64,000 bases of DNA. It comes from an uncultured Bacteroidales bacterium. GTDB taxonomy: Bacteria > Bacteroidota > Bacteroidia > Bacteroidales > VadinHA17. A program made the position numbers and the translations under genes. Location: positions 465,086-529,085 of the forward strand of contig CAWGRY010000006.1 in the NCBI GenBank assembly GCA_963825165.1, in the 5' to 3' direction. Numbering within the stretch: the stretch's first letter is position 1; each line of letters starts with the position of its first letter. Positions 10,782 through 20,865 of the stretch are shown here, one piece after another. The notes under the pieces were generated by a model. It searched no databases. It saw only the letters and a list, made by a program, of their open reading frames with translations, and was not told where the DNA came from.

Positions 10782-10817
10782 AAAAAAACCGGCCGCCTGA
10801 TTGCGGCCGGTTTTTTT
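10782..10817. terminator. bidirectional intrinsic terminator
   Basis: A7-CCGGCCGC-CTGATT-GCGGCCGG-T7 between convergent genes. Confidence 0.9.
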
Positions 10818-12030
10818 ATGATGCCTTAAGGATTTTCATATCCACCCTCTCGAGCTTGCGGGAGGCGTATTCGGTGGTGACGGTAAACTCTTTTGTATCA
10901 CTGGATGGAAGCTCAAACATGGCGTCCAGCATGATTGCTTCGCAAAGTGCTCTCAATCCCCTGGCGCCCAGCTTGAACTCAACGGACTTGTCTACAATGT
11001 AGTCAAGCACCTCGTCAGTGAATGTAAGTGCAATACCATCCATGGAAAAGAGCTTGATATACTGCTTCGTAATGGCGTTTTTCGGTTCAGTGAGGATAGC
11101 TCTCAGGGCCTTGTTGTCGAGGGGCGAGAGGTGTGTCAGCACCGGCAGTCGTCCGATTATCTCGGGTATTAATCCGTAGGCACGAAGGTCCTGCGGCGCA
11201 ATATATTTCAGAAGATCGCTTTTGTCATACCGGTCGCGCGAACGGCTGGCGTTGTACCCTACTACTGTGGTGTTGAGCCTGTTGGCAATCTTTTTCTCGA
11301 TGCCCTCGAATGCTCCGCCGCAGATAAACAGAATATTTTTTGTATCGACGGGGATCATCTTCTGTTCAGGATGTTTTCTTCCTCCCTGCGGAGGCACGTT
11401 TACAATGGATCCCTCAAGAAGCTTAAGAAGGCCCTGCTGTACACCCTCTCCTGATACGTCACGCGTAATGGAGGGATTATCACCCTTGCGTGCTATCTTG
11501 TCAAGCTCATCAATGAACACTATGCCTTTTTCAGCAGCCTTGACGTCATAATCGGCATTCTGCAGAAGACGGGTCAGAAGGCTTTCAATATCTTCACCCA
11601 CGTATCCTGCTTCAGTGAGGACGGTGGCATCGACGATAGTGAAAGGTACATGAAGCATCCGTGCAATGGTTCGTGCCAGGAGCGTTTTGCCCGTACCTGT
11701 CTCCCCGACAAGAATAATATTTGATTTTTCGATCTCGACGTCATCACTGTCGGCTCTCTGCATCAATCTTTTATAGTGATTGTATACTGCGACAGAGAGT
11801 GTTTTTTTTGCCCTCTCCTGACCTATGACATACTGGTCAAGGAAACTCTTGATCTCTTCAGGCTTACGTAACTTGATACTGTCAAGGCTGAAATTTGATT
11901 TGTTCCCGAGTTCCTCAGCCATTATGTTGTGAGCCTGCTCGATGCAGTGGTCACAGATGTGGCCCTCAAGACCCGCGATCAGCAGGTTTGCCTCTTTCTT
12001 TGTACGTCCGCAGAATGAGCATTTATCCAT
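10816..12030 (-). CDS. clpX: Clp protease ATP-binding subunit ClpX
   Basis: CSFCG zinc finger, [30 protein letters not shown]. Confidence 0.98.
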   Translation of the reverse strand: MDKCSFCGRTKKEANLLIAGLEGHICDHCIEQAHNIMAEELGNKSNFSLDSIKLRKPEEIKSFLDQYVIGQERAKKTLSVAVYNHYKRLMQRADSDDVEIEKSNIILVGETGTGKTLLARTIARMLHVPFTIVDATVLTEAGYVGEDIESLLTRLLQNADYDVKAAEKGIVFIDELDKIARKGDNPSITRDVSGEGVQQGLLKLLEGSIVNVPPQGGRKHPEQKMIPVDTKNILFICGGAFEGIEKKIANRLNTTVVGYNASRSRDRYDKSDLLKYIAPQDLRAYGLIPEIIGRLPVLTHLSPLDNKALRAILTEPKNAITKQYIKLFSMDGIALTFTDEVLDYIVDKSVEFKLGARGLRALCEAIMLDAMFELPSSDTKEFTVTTEYASRKLERVDMKILKAS

Positions 12031-12718
12031 CAGAACGGCTTTGCTTTTTGGATCTTGTAAGAACTTCGTCTATCATCCCGTAATCCTTGGCCTCCGTTGC
12101 TGTCATCCAGTAATCGCGGTCAGCATCCTTCTCCACCTGTTCAAGAGGCTTCCCGGTATGCAATGCTATGACCTCGTAGAGTTCTTTCTTGATTTTTAGT
12201 ATCTCTCTCACAACTATCTCTATGTCAGAGGCCTGACCTTCAGCGCCTCCCATCGGCTGGTGGATCATGATACGCGAGTGTTTCAGGGCAGACCGTTTTC
12301 CCTTCGTGCCTGCGGTGAGCAGCACAGCGCCCATCGATGCGGCCATTCCTGTGCAAATGGTGGCAACGTCGGCAGAAATATACTGCATGGTGTCATAGAT
12401 ACCCATGCCTGCGTGGACTGCGCCACCGGGGGTGTTAAGGTAGATCTGTATATCTTTTCCGGGGTCCGATGAATCAAGATAGAGAAGCTGGGCCTGTATG
12501 ATGTTGGCAACATAATCGTCAATGGGAAGGCCAAGAAATATTATACGATCCATCATCAGTCGCGAAAAGACGTCCATCGAGGCTATGTTGAGCTGGCGTT
12601 CCTCGATAATCGTAGGGGAGATGTAGCTGTTATTTGCTGAAATGTAACGCTGCATTGAAATGCTGCTGATGCCGAAGCGGTCTGCTGCATATTTTTCAAA
12701 ATCTCTTTTATCTGACAT
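12023..12718 (-). CDS. clpP: Clp protease proteolytic subunit
   Basis: [32 protein letters not shown]; own TATCTTTG -7 box at 12749-12742. Confidence 0.98.
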   Translation of the reverse strand: MSDKRDFEKYAADRFGISSISMQRYISANNSYISPTIIEERQLNIASMDVFSRLMMDRIIFLGLPIDDYVANIIQAQLLYLDSSDPGKDIQIYLNTPGGAVHAGMGIYDTMQYISADVATICTGMAASMGAVLLTAGTKGKRSALKHSRIMIHQPMGGAEGQASDIEIVVREILKIKKELYEVIALHTGKPLEQVEKDADRDYWMTATEAKDYGMIDEVLTRSKKQSRSDG

Positions 12719-12771
12719 GGCTGATTACTTTGATTGAATGTCAAAGATACAAAATTCTCATTATTGAGTTG

Positions 12772-14103
12772 TCACTTCTTCTCAAAGAGCTTGTTGAACT
12801 CTTCTATCGAAACTGTTTTATCATCTACCTTAACAGCTTCGATTATTATATCCAGCACCCTTGTATCAAGGACTTTTTCAGCAATGCGGTGCGATTCATC
12901 CTCTTTTTTCAGCATGTCTGCGGCAAAGGATGTGATCTGTTCATCTGTGGCATAGTAAAGGCCGTACTGGGCAAACTGGGCTTTGGTAAAGGTTTTTGCC
13001 TCTGCCATAATTTCCTCGTCAGTTATCCGGATGCTGTTTTCTTTGGCGACTTTGTTTTTTACCAGCTGCCAGCGCAGGTCGTCGCGGAAATGATCATATT
13101 CCTTCTCAAGTTCTTCCGGGGTGGTTTTCTCATTCACTTTCAGAAGCCATCTCTTAAGGAATTCATCGGGCAGCTCGAAAGGTATCTTTTTCAATACTGT
13201 CTCACGTGCATCAGTACGCAGTTTATAGTCTGTCTCACGGTTGAAATATTCCTTTATTTCATCTGTCACCTTTGCCTCGAATTCTTCGGCGGTATTTACC
13301 GTGTTCTCGCCGTATACCTTATCCCAGAGGGCTTTGTCATTATCCGCAGGTACGAACCTTGACACTTCCCTTACAGTAATTGTGTACTGTCCGTTGATGT
13401 CTTTGACCTCATCCTTCTTCTTCTTCACCAGGCCGGCTATCTCATAGTCGTTGGGGAAGGCTGTACGTATGTCAAAGGTAACGGTGTCACCGGCCTCCTT
13501 GCCAATGAAATCATTCTTGATCTTTTCGTCCTTGACAGCGTCAATCGACAGGGTGGCGTCGTTGTTGACGACAGTTCCGTCAGCGGAAGTTACGGTACCT
13601 TTCAGGAGGTCTTTCTCTTCCGATTTCCCGGCGATTATGAACTGGCCATGCCTGCGGGCGTAGTTGTCGACGTAGTCTTTAATCATTTTGGCGTCAGGCT
13701 CAATCAGGTAGCGGGTCAGCTTCTGTTTTTTTGACAGGGCCAGCTCGAACTCAGGGGCAAGTCCAAGTTCGAAGGTAAAATTAAACTCCTCGGATTTTTC
13801 AGGGTCGAAGGAATGTTCGTCATTTTTTGGCATCGGGTCGCCGAGGATGTCGATCTTTTCGTTCTTTATATAATCAGAAAGGCTCTCGGAGACCAGCTTG
13901 TTGATCTCATCGACGAGGACAGATGTGCCGTACAGTTTTTTAATCATGGGTAATGGCACATGACCGGGGCGGAAGCCCTTTATGTTTGCGGTCCTTCTGT
14001 ATTCCCTGAGCTTATTCTCAACTTTCTCTTCGTAATCGGCTTTGACGATATTGATCCTGACATTTGCATTCAGGGCATCAACGTTCTCTCTGGTGATATT
14101 CAT
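12772..14103 (-). CDS. tig: trigger factor
   Basis: GFRPGHVP ribosome-binding motif; tig-clpP-clpX order. Confidence 0.93.
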   Translation of the reverse strand: MNITRENVDALNANVRINIVKADYEEKVENKLREYRRTANIKGFRPGHVPLPMIKKLYGTSVLVDEINKLVSESLSDYIKNEKIDILGDPMPKNDEHSFDPEKSEEFNFTFELGLAPEFELALSKKQKLTRYLIEPDAKMIKDYVDNYARRHGQFIIAGKSEEKDLLKGTVTSADGTVVNNDATLSIDAVKDEKIKNDFIGKEAGDTVTFDIRTAFPNDYEIAGLVKKKKDEVKDINGQYTITVREVSRFVPADNDKALWDKVYGENTVNTAEEFEAKVTDEIKEYFNRETDYKLRTDARETVLKKIPFELPDEFLKRWLLKVNEKTTPEELEKEYDHFRDDLRWQLVKNKVAKENSIRITDEEIMAEAKTFTKAQFAQYGLYYATDEQITSFAADMLKKEDESHRIAEKVLDTRVLDIIIEAVKVDDKTVSIEEFNKLFEKK

Positions 14104-14126
14104 TTCAATAAAATTTTATTTCGACT

Positions 14127-14172
14127 TAAAAACCGCTCAAAGTCCGCCAGTAGGCCGACTGTCAGAGCGGTT
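14127..14172 (-). terminator. hairpin with T-run downstream of tRNA-Leu
   Basis: AACCGCTC...GAGCGGTT with inner AGTC/GACT pairing, then T-run on the minus strand. Confidence 0.55.
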
Positions 14173-14183
14173 CTGTAATTTAG

Positions 14184-14265
14184 TGCGGATGAAGGGACTC
14201 GAACCCCCACGCCTTACGGCACAAGATCCTAAGTCTTGCTCGGCTACCAATTACGACACATCCGC
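14184..14265 (-). tRNA. tRNA-Leu(TAG), CCA not encoded
   Basis: GCGGATG acceptor stem, CAAGA-CTTAGGA-TCTTG anticodon arm, long variable arm, GGTTCGAGTCC; TAATTTTG -7 box at 14284-14277. Confidence 0.96.
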
Positions 14266-14321
14266 AAAATGTGGCGCAAAATTAGCAAATAATATGAAGT
14301 TACAAAAGCGGCCCTTTTAAA

Positions 14322-15047
14322 TTACCTCCTGAGTTCGAAGTTCTTACCGAGGTAGAGATTTCTTGACTCTTCATCATCGGCAAGCTGGGCTGATGTGCCC
14401 TGTTTGAGAATTTTACCCTCAAAGAGAAGATAGGCCCGGTCTGTTATTGAAAGGGTCTCATGCACATTGTGGTCAGTGATGAGGATGCCAATATTTTTGT
14501 CTTTCAGATGTGATACGATGCCCTGTATATCTTCGACGGCAATAGGGTCAACGCCGGCAAACGGCTCGTCGAGGAGGATAAAATTCGGTTTGAGGGCGAG
14601 GGCACGGGCTATCTCGGTGCGTCGCCGTTCGCCGCCGGAGAGCTGTATGCCGAGGCTCTTGCGTATGCGTGCCAGGCCGAATTCTTCCAGCAGTGATTCC
14701 AGGCGTTTAATCCTTTCCTCCCGGCTCATATCAGAGAGCTCCATGACAGCCATGAGGTTATCTTCCACACTCAGCTTCCTGAATATGGATGCTTCCTGCG
14801 CCAGGTATCCGATGCCCATTCGTGAGCGGCGGTACATCGGGAAGTCTGTAATATTGGTATTGTCAAGAAAAATATTTCCTCCGTTTGGCCTTATCAGGCC
14901 CACGATCATGTAGAAGGTAGTGGTTTTCCCGGCGCCGTTGGGGCCAAGCAGCCCAACGATCTCGCCCTGTTCGACTTCAACGGAGACCTCGTTGACAACA
15001 GTACGGGTCTTGTATCTTTTTACCAGGTCTGTGGTGTAGAGTTTCAT
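14322..15047 (-). CDS. lptB: LPS export ABC ATPase LptB
   Basis: GPNGAGKTT, YLAQEASIFR, LSGGERRR, LDEPFAGVDP, ITDHNV; start MKLYT at 15047. Confidence 0.95.
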   Translation of the reverse strand: MKLYTTDLVKRYKTRTVVNEVSVEVEQGEIVGLLGPNGAGKTTTFYMIVGLIRPNGGNIFLDNTNITDFPMYRRSRMGIGYLAQEASIFRKLSVEDNLMAVMELSDMSREERIKRLESLLEEFGLARIRKSLGIQLSGGERRRTEIARALALKPNFILLDEPFAGVDPIAVEDIQGIVSHLKDKNIGILITDHNVHETLSITDRAYLLFEGKILKQGTSAQLADDEESRNLYLGKNFELRR

Positions 15048-15051
15048 CTTA

Positions 15052-15918
15052 TTATTTTTTCCCGGCAGCACTTTCGGCGGCTTCATTGTCCGCATTATCC
15101 CTCTCACGATTCTTTACAACTCTTGCTGCAATAAAGATACTTATTTCATACAGCAAGATCAATGGGATTGAAACAAGAGTCTGGCTGAATACGTCAGGAG
15201 GGGTAATTATTGCCGCGAGGATGAGAACGACTACTATTGCATGCTTGCGGTATTTCCGCATGAATTCCGGGGTTATTATTCCTATCCTGGCAAGGAAAAA
15301 GACAACAATAGGCAGTTCAAATGTTATGCCTGCCGAGAGCGCCACGGAAGTGACAGAACCGATATATGATGTTATGTTTATCTGGTTATCCACCAGGTCA
15401 CTGACACGGTAATTGCTCAGGAAATTAATCGACAGCGGTGAAATAATATAATAGCCGAAGAGAATACCAATTATGAACAGTGATGATGCAGCCGCAACGG
15501 CACCACGTGCATGTTTCCTTTCCTTCTCATACAGGGCTGGCCGGAAAAAGGACCAGAACTCCCAGAAAACATAGGGGAATGCTATTATGACACCCACTAT
15601 CAGCGATATGGTTATGTGTGTGGTAAACTGACCTGACATTTTTATGCTTATCAGCTTCAGCGGATTCTGGTTAATGCACAGCACAGGTGCATTGACGATA
15701 TCAGCCAGCTGGCACAGTAACCGGTTGGTGATGAATCCCGGGCTTTTGGGGGCAAGGATGACCTTGTCGAAAATAAAGTCTTTGAGCATAAAGGCGACGA
15801 TGGCACCCACGACAACGGCGATGACGGACCTTATAATATGCCATCTCAGCTCTTCAAGGTGCTGAAGAAAGGTCATCTCACCCTCTCCGTCACTACTTTT
15901 TTTCTTACTGCCAACCAT
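15052..15918 (-). CDS. tatC: twin-arginine translocase subunit TatC
   Basis: HLEELR, PALYEKE, FELP, AAIITPPD. Confidence 0.95.
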   Translation of the reverse strand: MVGSKKKSSDGEGEMTFLQHLEELRWHIIRSVIAVVVGAIVAFMLKDFIFDKVILAPKSPGFITNRLLCQLADIVNAPVLCINQNPLKLISIKMSGQFTTHITISLIVGVIIAFPYVFWEFWSFFRPALYEKERKHARGAVAAASSLFIIGILFGYYIISPLSINFLSNYRVSDLVDNQINITSYIGSVTSVALSAGITFELPIVVFFLARIGIITPEFMRKYRKHAIVVVLILAAIITPPDVFSQTLVSIPLILLYEISIFIAARVVKNRERDNADNEAAESAAGKK

Positions 15919-16026
15919 CAGCCTTGCTTCATTTTAAAGCCTGTAAAGATGCTAAATCTTATGTTTCCAAACAAAACAAAATTCTTAATGCACATGTAAT
16001 AATAAATATCTGTTGTAATAAAAAGA

Positions 16027-16058
16027 TTTGACTATTGATATAAAAAATATTAAATTTG
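16027..16058 (+). promoter_or_regulatory. sigma-A promoter of recQ
   Basis: TTTG (16027-30), 20 nt, TAAATTTG (16051-58). Confidence 0.65.
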
Positions 16059-16146
16059 ATATAAGGGTTTGAAAATAATTTGAGGAGTTTGTATCTTGTT
16101 ATTTGTATAATACTCTATTTATAATCAGGGGAAGAGGGGAAATTAT

Positions 16147-18324
16147 ATGTTTGCTGACAGCGCTATACATGATTATCTGAAACGATACTTCGGTTTTGAT
16201 ACCTTCAAGGGAAATCAGGAGGATATAATCAGGAGTATCCTCACGGGGAATGATACTTTTGTTCTGATGCCTACCGGAGGGGGCAAGTCTCTCTGCTACC
16301 AGCTGCCTGCGGTGATGATGGAAGGCACTGCCATAGTGATCTCTCCGCTGATCGCCCTGATGAAGAACCAGGTTGATGCGATGCGGAATTTCAACACCAA
16401 TGACGACGTTGCTCATTTCCTTAATTCTTCCCTTACGAAGACTGCCATTACGAAGGTCAAGGAGGATGTGATGCTGGGAAATGCCAAGCTCCTGTACGTG
16501 GCGCCGGAGTCTCTGACCAAGGAGGAGAATATTGATTTTCTCAGGAACATTAAGATATCATTCTATGCCGTCGATGAAGCTCACTGCATATCTGAGTGGG
16601 GTCATGACTTCAGGCCTGAGTACCGCAGGATACGTCCTATCATAGATACCATAGTTCGTGCACCCATAATAGCGCTTACGGCAACTGCCACGCCAAAGGT
16701 ACAGCATGACATACTGAAGAACCTCGGAATTAGTGATGCGCAGGTTTTCAAGTCGTCTTTCAACCGGCCCAATCTCTATTATGAGGTGAAGGCAAAGCAG
16801 GATGCTGCCAGGGAGATCATCAAATACATCAAGAATAATCCGGGCAAATCCGGAATCATTTACTGTCTCAGCCGTAAAAAGGTAGAAGAGCTGGCAGAGA
16901 CGCTCAAGGTTAATGACATAAAGGCCCTGGCCTATCATGCCGGGATGGATTCGGCCACACGGACCACCAACCAGGATAAGTTCCTGATGGAGGAGGCGGA
17001 TGTGATCGTTGCCACCATTGCCTTCGGGATGGGTATAGACAAACCCGATGTGAGGTATGTCATACACTATGACATGCCCAAGAGTCTTGAGGGTTATTAC
17101 CAGGAGACAGGCCGGGCGGGCCGAGACGGCGGGGAAGGGCGATGCATAGCATACTACAGCTACGATGATATTGTCAAGCTTGAGAAATTCATGCAGGGCA
17201 AGCCCATTGCCGAACAGGAAATAGGCAAGCAGCTCCTGCTTGAAACGGTATCTTATGCCGAATCATCAACATGCCGCCGCAGGATACTGCTGCACTACTT
17301 CGGGGAGGAATACAAGCAGGAGAACTGCGAGGCGTGTGATAACTGCCTGCATCCCAAGACACAGTTTGAGGGATCAGAATATGTTGTCAACGTCCTTGAC
17401 ACTGTGCTGGCGGTAAAAGAGAAGCACAAGGCAGACCACATAGCCAAGATACTGGCCGGTACACTTAATTCAGCCATTAAGTCGTACAAGCATCACAAAC
17501 TGGAAACCTTCGGCATAGATGAAGAAAAGGATGAGCGTTTCTGGAACATGGTCATCCGGCAGGCGCTTATCAACAAGCTGCTTAACAAGGACATAGAAAA
17601 CTACGGTCTCCTGGGGCTGACGCCGAAAGGCCATCTGTTCCTCGAGAAACCGCAGAGTTTCCTGCTCAACGAGGATCATGACTATACCGAATCTGAAGAC
17701 GAGGAGGCCTCTTTCGGTGCGCGTACAGCGGCTGCCGATGAGGAGCTGCTGAGCATCCTTAAGGATCTCAGGAAAAAGATATCGAAGCAGGCAGGCCAGC
17801 CGCCTTACAATATTTTCCAGGATCCATCCCTCGAGGAGATGGCCATACAGTATCCGGTCACGCTGGAGGAGCTGCAGAATATAACGGGTATCGGTGCAGG
17901 CAAGGCACAACGGTACGGCAAGGAGGTGGTGGAGGTGATCCAGAGTTATGTTGCCGAAAAAGAGATCATCAGGCCGCAGGACATGGTGGTCAAGTCGGTG
18001 GTGAACAAATCGGGACTGAAGGTTTACATAATTCAGAGCATTGACCGCAAGATGCCATTTGAGGATATAGCCAATGCCAAAGGGATAGAGTATGAGGACC
18101 TGCTCTCCGAGATTGAGGCTATTGTCGGCTCCGGAACGAAGCTTAACATAGAGTATTATCTGGATACGGTCATTGATGACGACCGTCAGCAGGACATCTA
18201 TTCATATTTCATGGAGGAAGCTGAGACGGGGTCTCTGACGGAGGCTATCGCCGAGCTGGCGGGTGAGTTCGAGGAGGAAGAGATACGGCTGATGCGGATA
18301 AAGGTGCTGGCCGAGGGGAACTAG
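16147..18324 (+). CDS. recQ: DNA helicase RecQ (RQC, HRDC, C-terminal HTH)
   Basis: MPTGGGKSLCYQ, DEAHCISEWGHDFRP, QETGRAGRDG, CRRR..C..CDNC. Confidence 0.97.
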   Translation: MFADSAIHDYLKRYFGFDTFKGNQEDIIRSILTGNDTFVLMPTGGGKSLCYQLPAVMMEGTAIVISPLIALMKNQVDAMRNFNTNDDVAHFLNSSLTKTAITKVKEDVMLGNAKLLYVAPESLTKEENIDFLRNIKISFYAVDEAHCISEWGHDFRPEYRRIRPIIDTIVRAPIIALTATATPKVQHDILKNLGISDAQVFKSSFNRPNLYYEVKAKQDAAREIIKYIKNNPGKSGIIYCLSRKKVEELAETLKVNDIKALAYHAGMDSATRTTNQDKFLMEEADVIVATIAFGMGIDKPDVRYVIHYDMPKSLEGYYQETGRAGRDGGEGRCIAYYSYDDIVKLEKFMQGKPIAEQEIGKQLLLETVSYAESSTCRRRILLHYFGEEYKQENCEACDNCLHPKTQFEGSEYVVNVLDTVLAVKEKHKADHIAKILAGTLNSAIKSYKHHKLETFGIDEEKDERFWNMVIRQALINKLLNKDIENYGLLGLTPKGHLFLEKPQSFLLNEDHDYTESEDEEASFGARTAAADEELLSILKDLRKKISKQAGQPPYNIFQDPSLEEMAIQYPVTLEELQNITGIGAGKAQRYGKEVVEVIQSYVAEKEIIRPQDMVVKSVVNKSGLKVYIIQSIDRKMPFEDIANAKGIEYEDLLSEIEAIVGSGTKLNIEYYLDTVIDDDRQQDIYSYFMEEAETGSLTEAIAELAGEFEEEEIRLMRIKVLAEGN

Positions 18325-18331
18325 GGGGGGC

Positions 18332-18366
18332 AATTATAAATTAAGAATTAAGAGTTAAGAATTGAA
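18332..18366 (+). repeat. 5 x AATTAAG-type heptamer repeat after recQ stop
   Basis: AATTATA AATTAAG AATTAAG AGTTAAG AATTGAA. Confidence 0.7.
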
Positions 18367-18411
18367 CTGTTAGCTGATTTTCAGTAGCGCTGCAGATTAA
18401 TTTATTTTTGT

Positions 18412-18731
18412 ACCCCGTAGGGGTTAAAGTATTGTAGAACAAAGGATCAGGTCACAATTTACCCCGTAGGGGTTAAAGTATTGTAGAACAAAGGATCAGG
18501 TCACAACTTACCCCGTAGGGGTTAAAGTATTGTAGAACAAAGGATCAGGTCACAATTTACCCCGTAGGGGTTAAAGTATTGTAGAACAAAGGATCAGGTC
18601 ACAATTTACCCCGTAGGGGTTAAAGTATTGTAGAACAAAGGATCAGGTCACAACTTACCCCGTAGGGGTTAAAGTATTGTAGGGCAAAGGATCAAGTCAC
18701 AACTTACCCCGTAGGGGTTAAAGTATTGTAG
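18412..18731 (+). repeat. REP-like array 1: 7 cores ACCCCGTAGGGGT-TAAAGTATT-GTAG, 49-bp period
   Basis: Cores start at 18412, 18461, 18510, 18559, 18608, 18657, 18706; near-identical 23-nt linkers AACAAAGGATCAGGTCACAAYTT. Confidence 0.95.
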
Positions 18732-18765
18732 AACGGTGATGCCCCCACCGGTCGTTTGCCGGTTG

Positions 18766-19878
18766 TCAGTCGCGTTTCCGGAAGTGACGGGAACAGGGGA
18801 AGATAGAAAGCACGGCGACGGTGATGAAGTAGAAGGGGTAAATCAGTTCGGATAACAGAAAGAGGAGAAGGGGCGGGTGCTCCTTTCTTTTTTTAAAGTT
18901 ATAGTATGTTATGAGGAAGTCAGGTATGAGGCGGATGGCATAGAGCAGGCCAGTGAGGAGCAAGTATTTTACTGAGATGACCGAGGCTGCTGCGGCGGCG
19001 GCGACGGCGGCGTTGCACGCCGCCGTGGCGGCGGCGAGAGTGATGGTAGCTGTGTCTCTGTAGTAATATGCCTTTGATGCCCAGCGAGCGCGCTGGCGTA
19101 ACAGCGCCGCCGCCGTGACCGCCCCGGCGGTCACCGCCGCCGCCGCACTGCCACCAATGTGCCTGATGGTGCCACCTGAACCCTTCACGGCGTGCAGGAG
19201 AAAAATATCATCACCGGATGCTATATCACTGCGAAGAACACCCGCATGCTTAAGATAAATATCCTTCCTGACCGCCATGTTGGCAGCATTGCACATCACA
19301 GGATGACCGGCAACAACCGCGGCCTCGGATATCGCCTGCAACGCCGAGAACTCAAAGCTGCCGAAATGTGATACAAAACCTTTACCTGCCTTCTGATAAA
19401 CTTCGCCAACGATCATATCTGCATTACAGGCAGCAAAGAATGCAGAATATGCGCTGACCCACCCCGGCCCGACGGCACAGTCAGCATCCGTCATGAGTAT
19501 CAGTTCACCGGCGGACTTTTCAATACCGTGACGCACAGCGCTTTTCTTACCCTGAAAAGGATTATAAATCAATCTTATGTTTACCCCTGGTTGCGGCCTG
19601 TGCTGAGCAATAAATTCACTTACGACAATCGGCGTTCTGTCGGTTGAATTATCGTTTACAATGATTACTTCCAGAAGGTCTTTCGAGTAATCCTGTTCTT
19701 CCAGGCTGTTAAGCAAAGTGACGATTGTCTTCTCTTCATTGCGGGCAGCGACTACCACGGAGACCCGCACTTTTCCCGGCGCGGCCGGCTGGTCTGCGTC
19801 ACGCTTCCTTTGCAGGAGAAGCCACAAGGCAAATATTCCTGCCGAATAAATTGCTACCGGTATTATCAGCCACCACAT
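18766..19878 (-). CDS. membrane GT2 glycosyltransferase (processive-type motifs)
   Basis: VVAARNEE, NDNSTD, GKKSA, TDADC, SGDD, RQRARW, N- and C-terminal TM segments. Confidence 0.9.
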   Translation of the reverse strand: MWWLIIPVAIYSAGIFALWLLLQRKRDADQPAAPGKVRVSVVVAARNEEKTIVTLLNSLEEQDYSKDLLEVIIVNDNSTDRTPIVVSEFIAQHRPQPGVNIRLIYNPFQGKKSAVRHGIEKSAGELILMTDADCAVGPGWVSAYSAFFAACNADMIVGEVYQKAGKGFVSHFGSFEFSALQAISEAAVVAGHPVMCNAANMAVRKDIYLKHAGVLRSDIASGDDIFLLHAVKGSGGTIRHIGGSAAAAVTAGAVTAAALLRQRARWASKAYYYRDTATITLAAATAACNAAVAAAAAASVISVKYLLLTGLLYAIRLIPDFLITYYNFKKRKEHPPLLLFLLSELIYPFYFITVAVLSIFPCSRHFRKRD

Positions 19879-19888
19879 ATAATATTGT

Positions 19889-20162
19889 CTACAATACCTT
19901 AACCCCTACGGGGTAAACTATAACCTGATCCTTTGTTCTACAATACCTTAACCCCTACGGGGTATGTTCATTAATCAATTACATGTTCTACAATACCTTA
20001 ACCCCTACGGGGTATGTTCATTAATCAATTACATGTTCTACAATACCTTAACCCCTACGGGGTATGTTCATTAATCAATTACATGTTCTACAATACCTTA
20101 ACCCCTACGGGGTATGTTTTTGACCAATTGCTTTGGCTACAATACTTTATGCGCTACGCGCA
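19889..20162 (-). repeat. REP-like array 2: 5 ACCCC-type cores plus 1 TGCGC-type core, inverted relative to array 1
   Basis: Plus-strand CTAC starts at 19889, 19938, 19988, 20038, 20088, 20137; last stem TGCGC-TAC-GCGCA. Confidence 0.95.
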
Positions 20163-20240
20163 ATAATTTTTCGTATCCCTTTAATGTTCTCTTGTTCAAA
20201 TGTTCAATTGTTCATTTTGCCCCCTGCCCCCTGCAACGTG

Positions 20241-20687
20241 CTACACCATCCACTCGTAAGTCTTATAATGTCTGCCATCCATCCCCATCGCCTCGTATGT
20301 GCTCTGAGCACGGATGTTCTCCGCTTCAACGTAAAGACGCAGTCCTGCAATGCCCTCTGCAACACCTGCCTGTTTTACATAGTCATACATCATAGTGAAG
20401 ATTCCCTTTCTGCGGTAACCGGGAACAACATAGACCGACTGGAACCACCATACATTGGCATTGCGCCAGTCGCTCCACTCGTATGTTGTCAGTAATGACG
20501 CCACCACTGAGTTACTATCCTCTGCCACGTAGTACTGCCCTTTCTTCGGGTCATGAAAGACAGCCATGACACCTTTGGTGACCGTCTCTGTTTTCAGCTC
20601 CATCCTTTCCGTCTCCATGGCCATAGCCTGCTGGAACCTTATTATTGCCCCGGCGTCGTCTGGGGTTGCCTTTCTGATTGTGATCAT
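20241..20687 (-). CDS. GNAT-family N-acetyltransferase
   Basis: IRKATPDDA, TYEWSDWRN, QSVYVVPGYRRKGI, LYVEAEN..AQ..Y. Confidence 0.93.
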   Translation of the reverse strand: MITIRKATPDDAGAIIRFQQAMAMETERMELKTETVTKGVMAVFHDPKKGQYYVAEDSNSVVASLLTTYEWSDWRNANVWWFQSVYVVPGYRRKGIFTMMYDYVKQAGVAEGIAGLRLYVEAENIRAQSTYEAMGMDGRHYKTYEWMV

Positions 20688-20688
20688 C

Positions 20689-20865
20689 CTACAATACTTT
20701 AACCCCTACGGGGTATATTTATTAATCAATATCATTTTCTACAATACCTGAACCCCTACGGGGTATGTTTATTAATCCATTACATTTTCTACAATACTTT
20801 AACCCCTACGGGGTATATTAAATGGTTTAATCTCATGGGCTACAATACTTGATGCGCTACGCGCA
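20689..20865 (-). repeat. REP-like array 3: 3 ACCCC-type cores plus 1 TGCGC-type core
   Basis: CTAC starts at 20689, 20739, 20789, 20840; 50-51-bp period; linkers related but not identical. Confidence 0.93.

Noticed and set aside
18384-18390. TGCGC-type first unit for array 1
   Set aside because: Only GTAGCGC matches; the position is off-period and there is no stem.
19725-20751. Small plus-strand ORFs over the repeat arrays (19725, 20114, 20133, 20566)
   Set aside because: They are antisense to GT2 or GNAT, or read through repeats, and show no protein motifs.
18412-20865. CRISPR array
   Set aside because: Linkers are only 23-25 nt and identical or related to each other, arrays occur in both orientations around ordinary genes, and there are no cas genes in the window.
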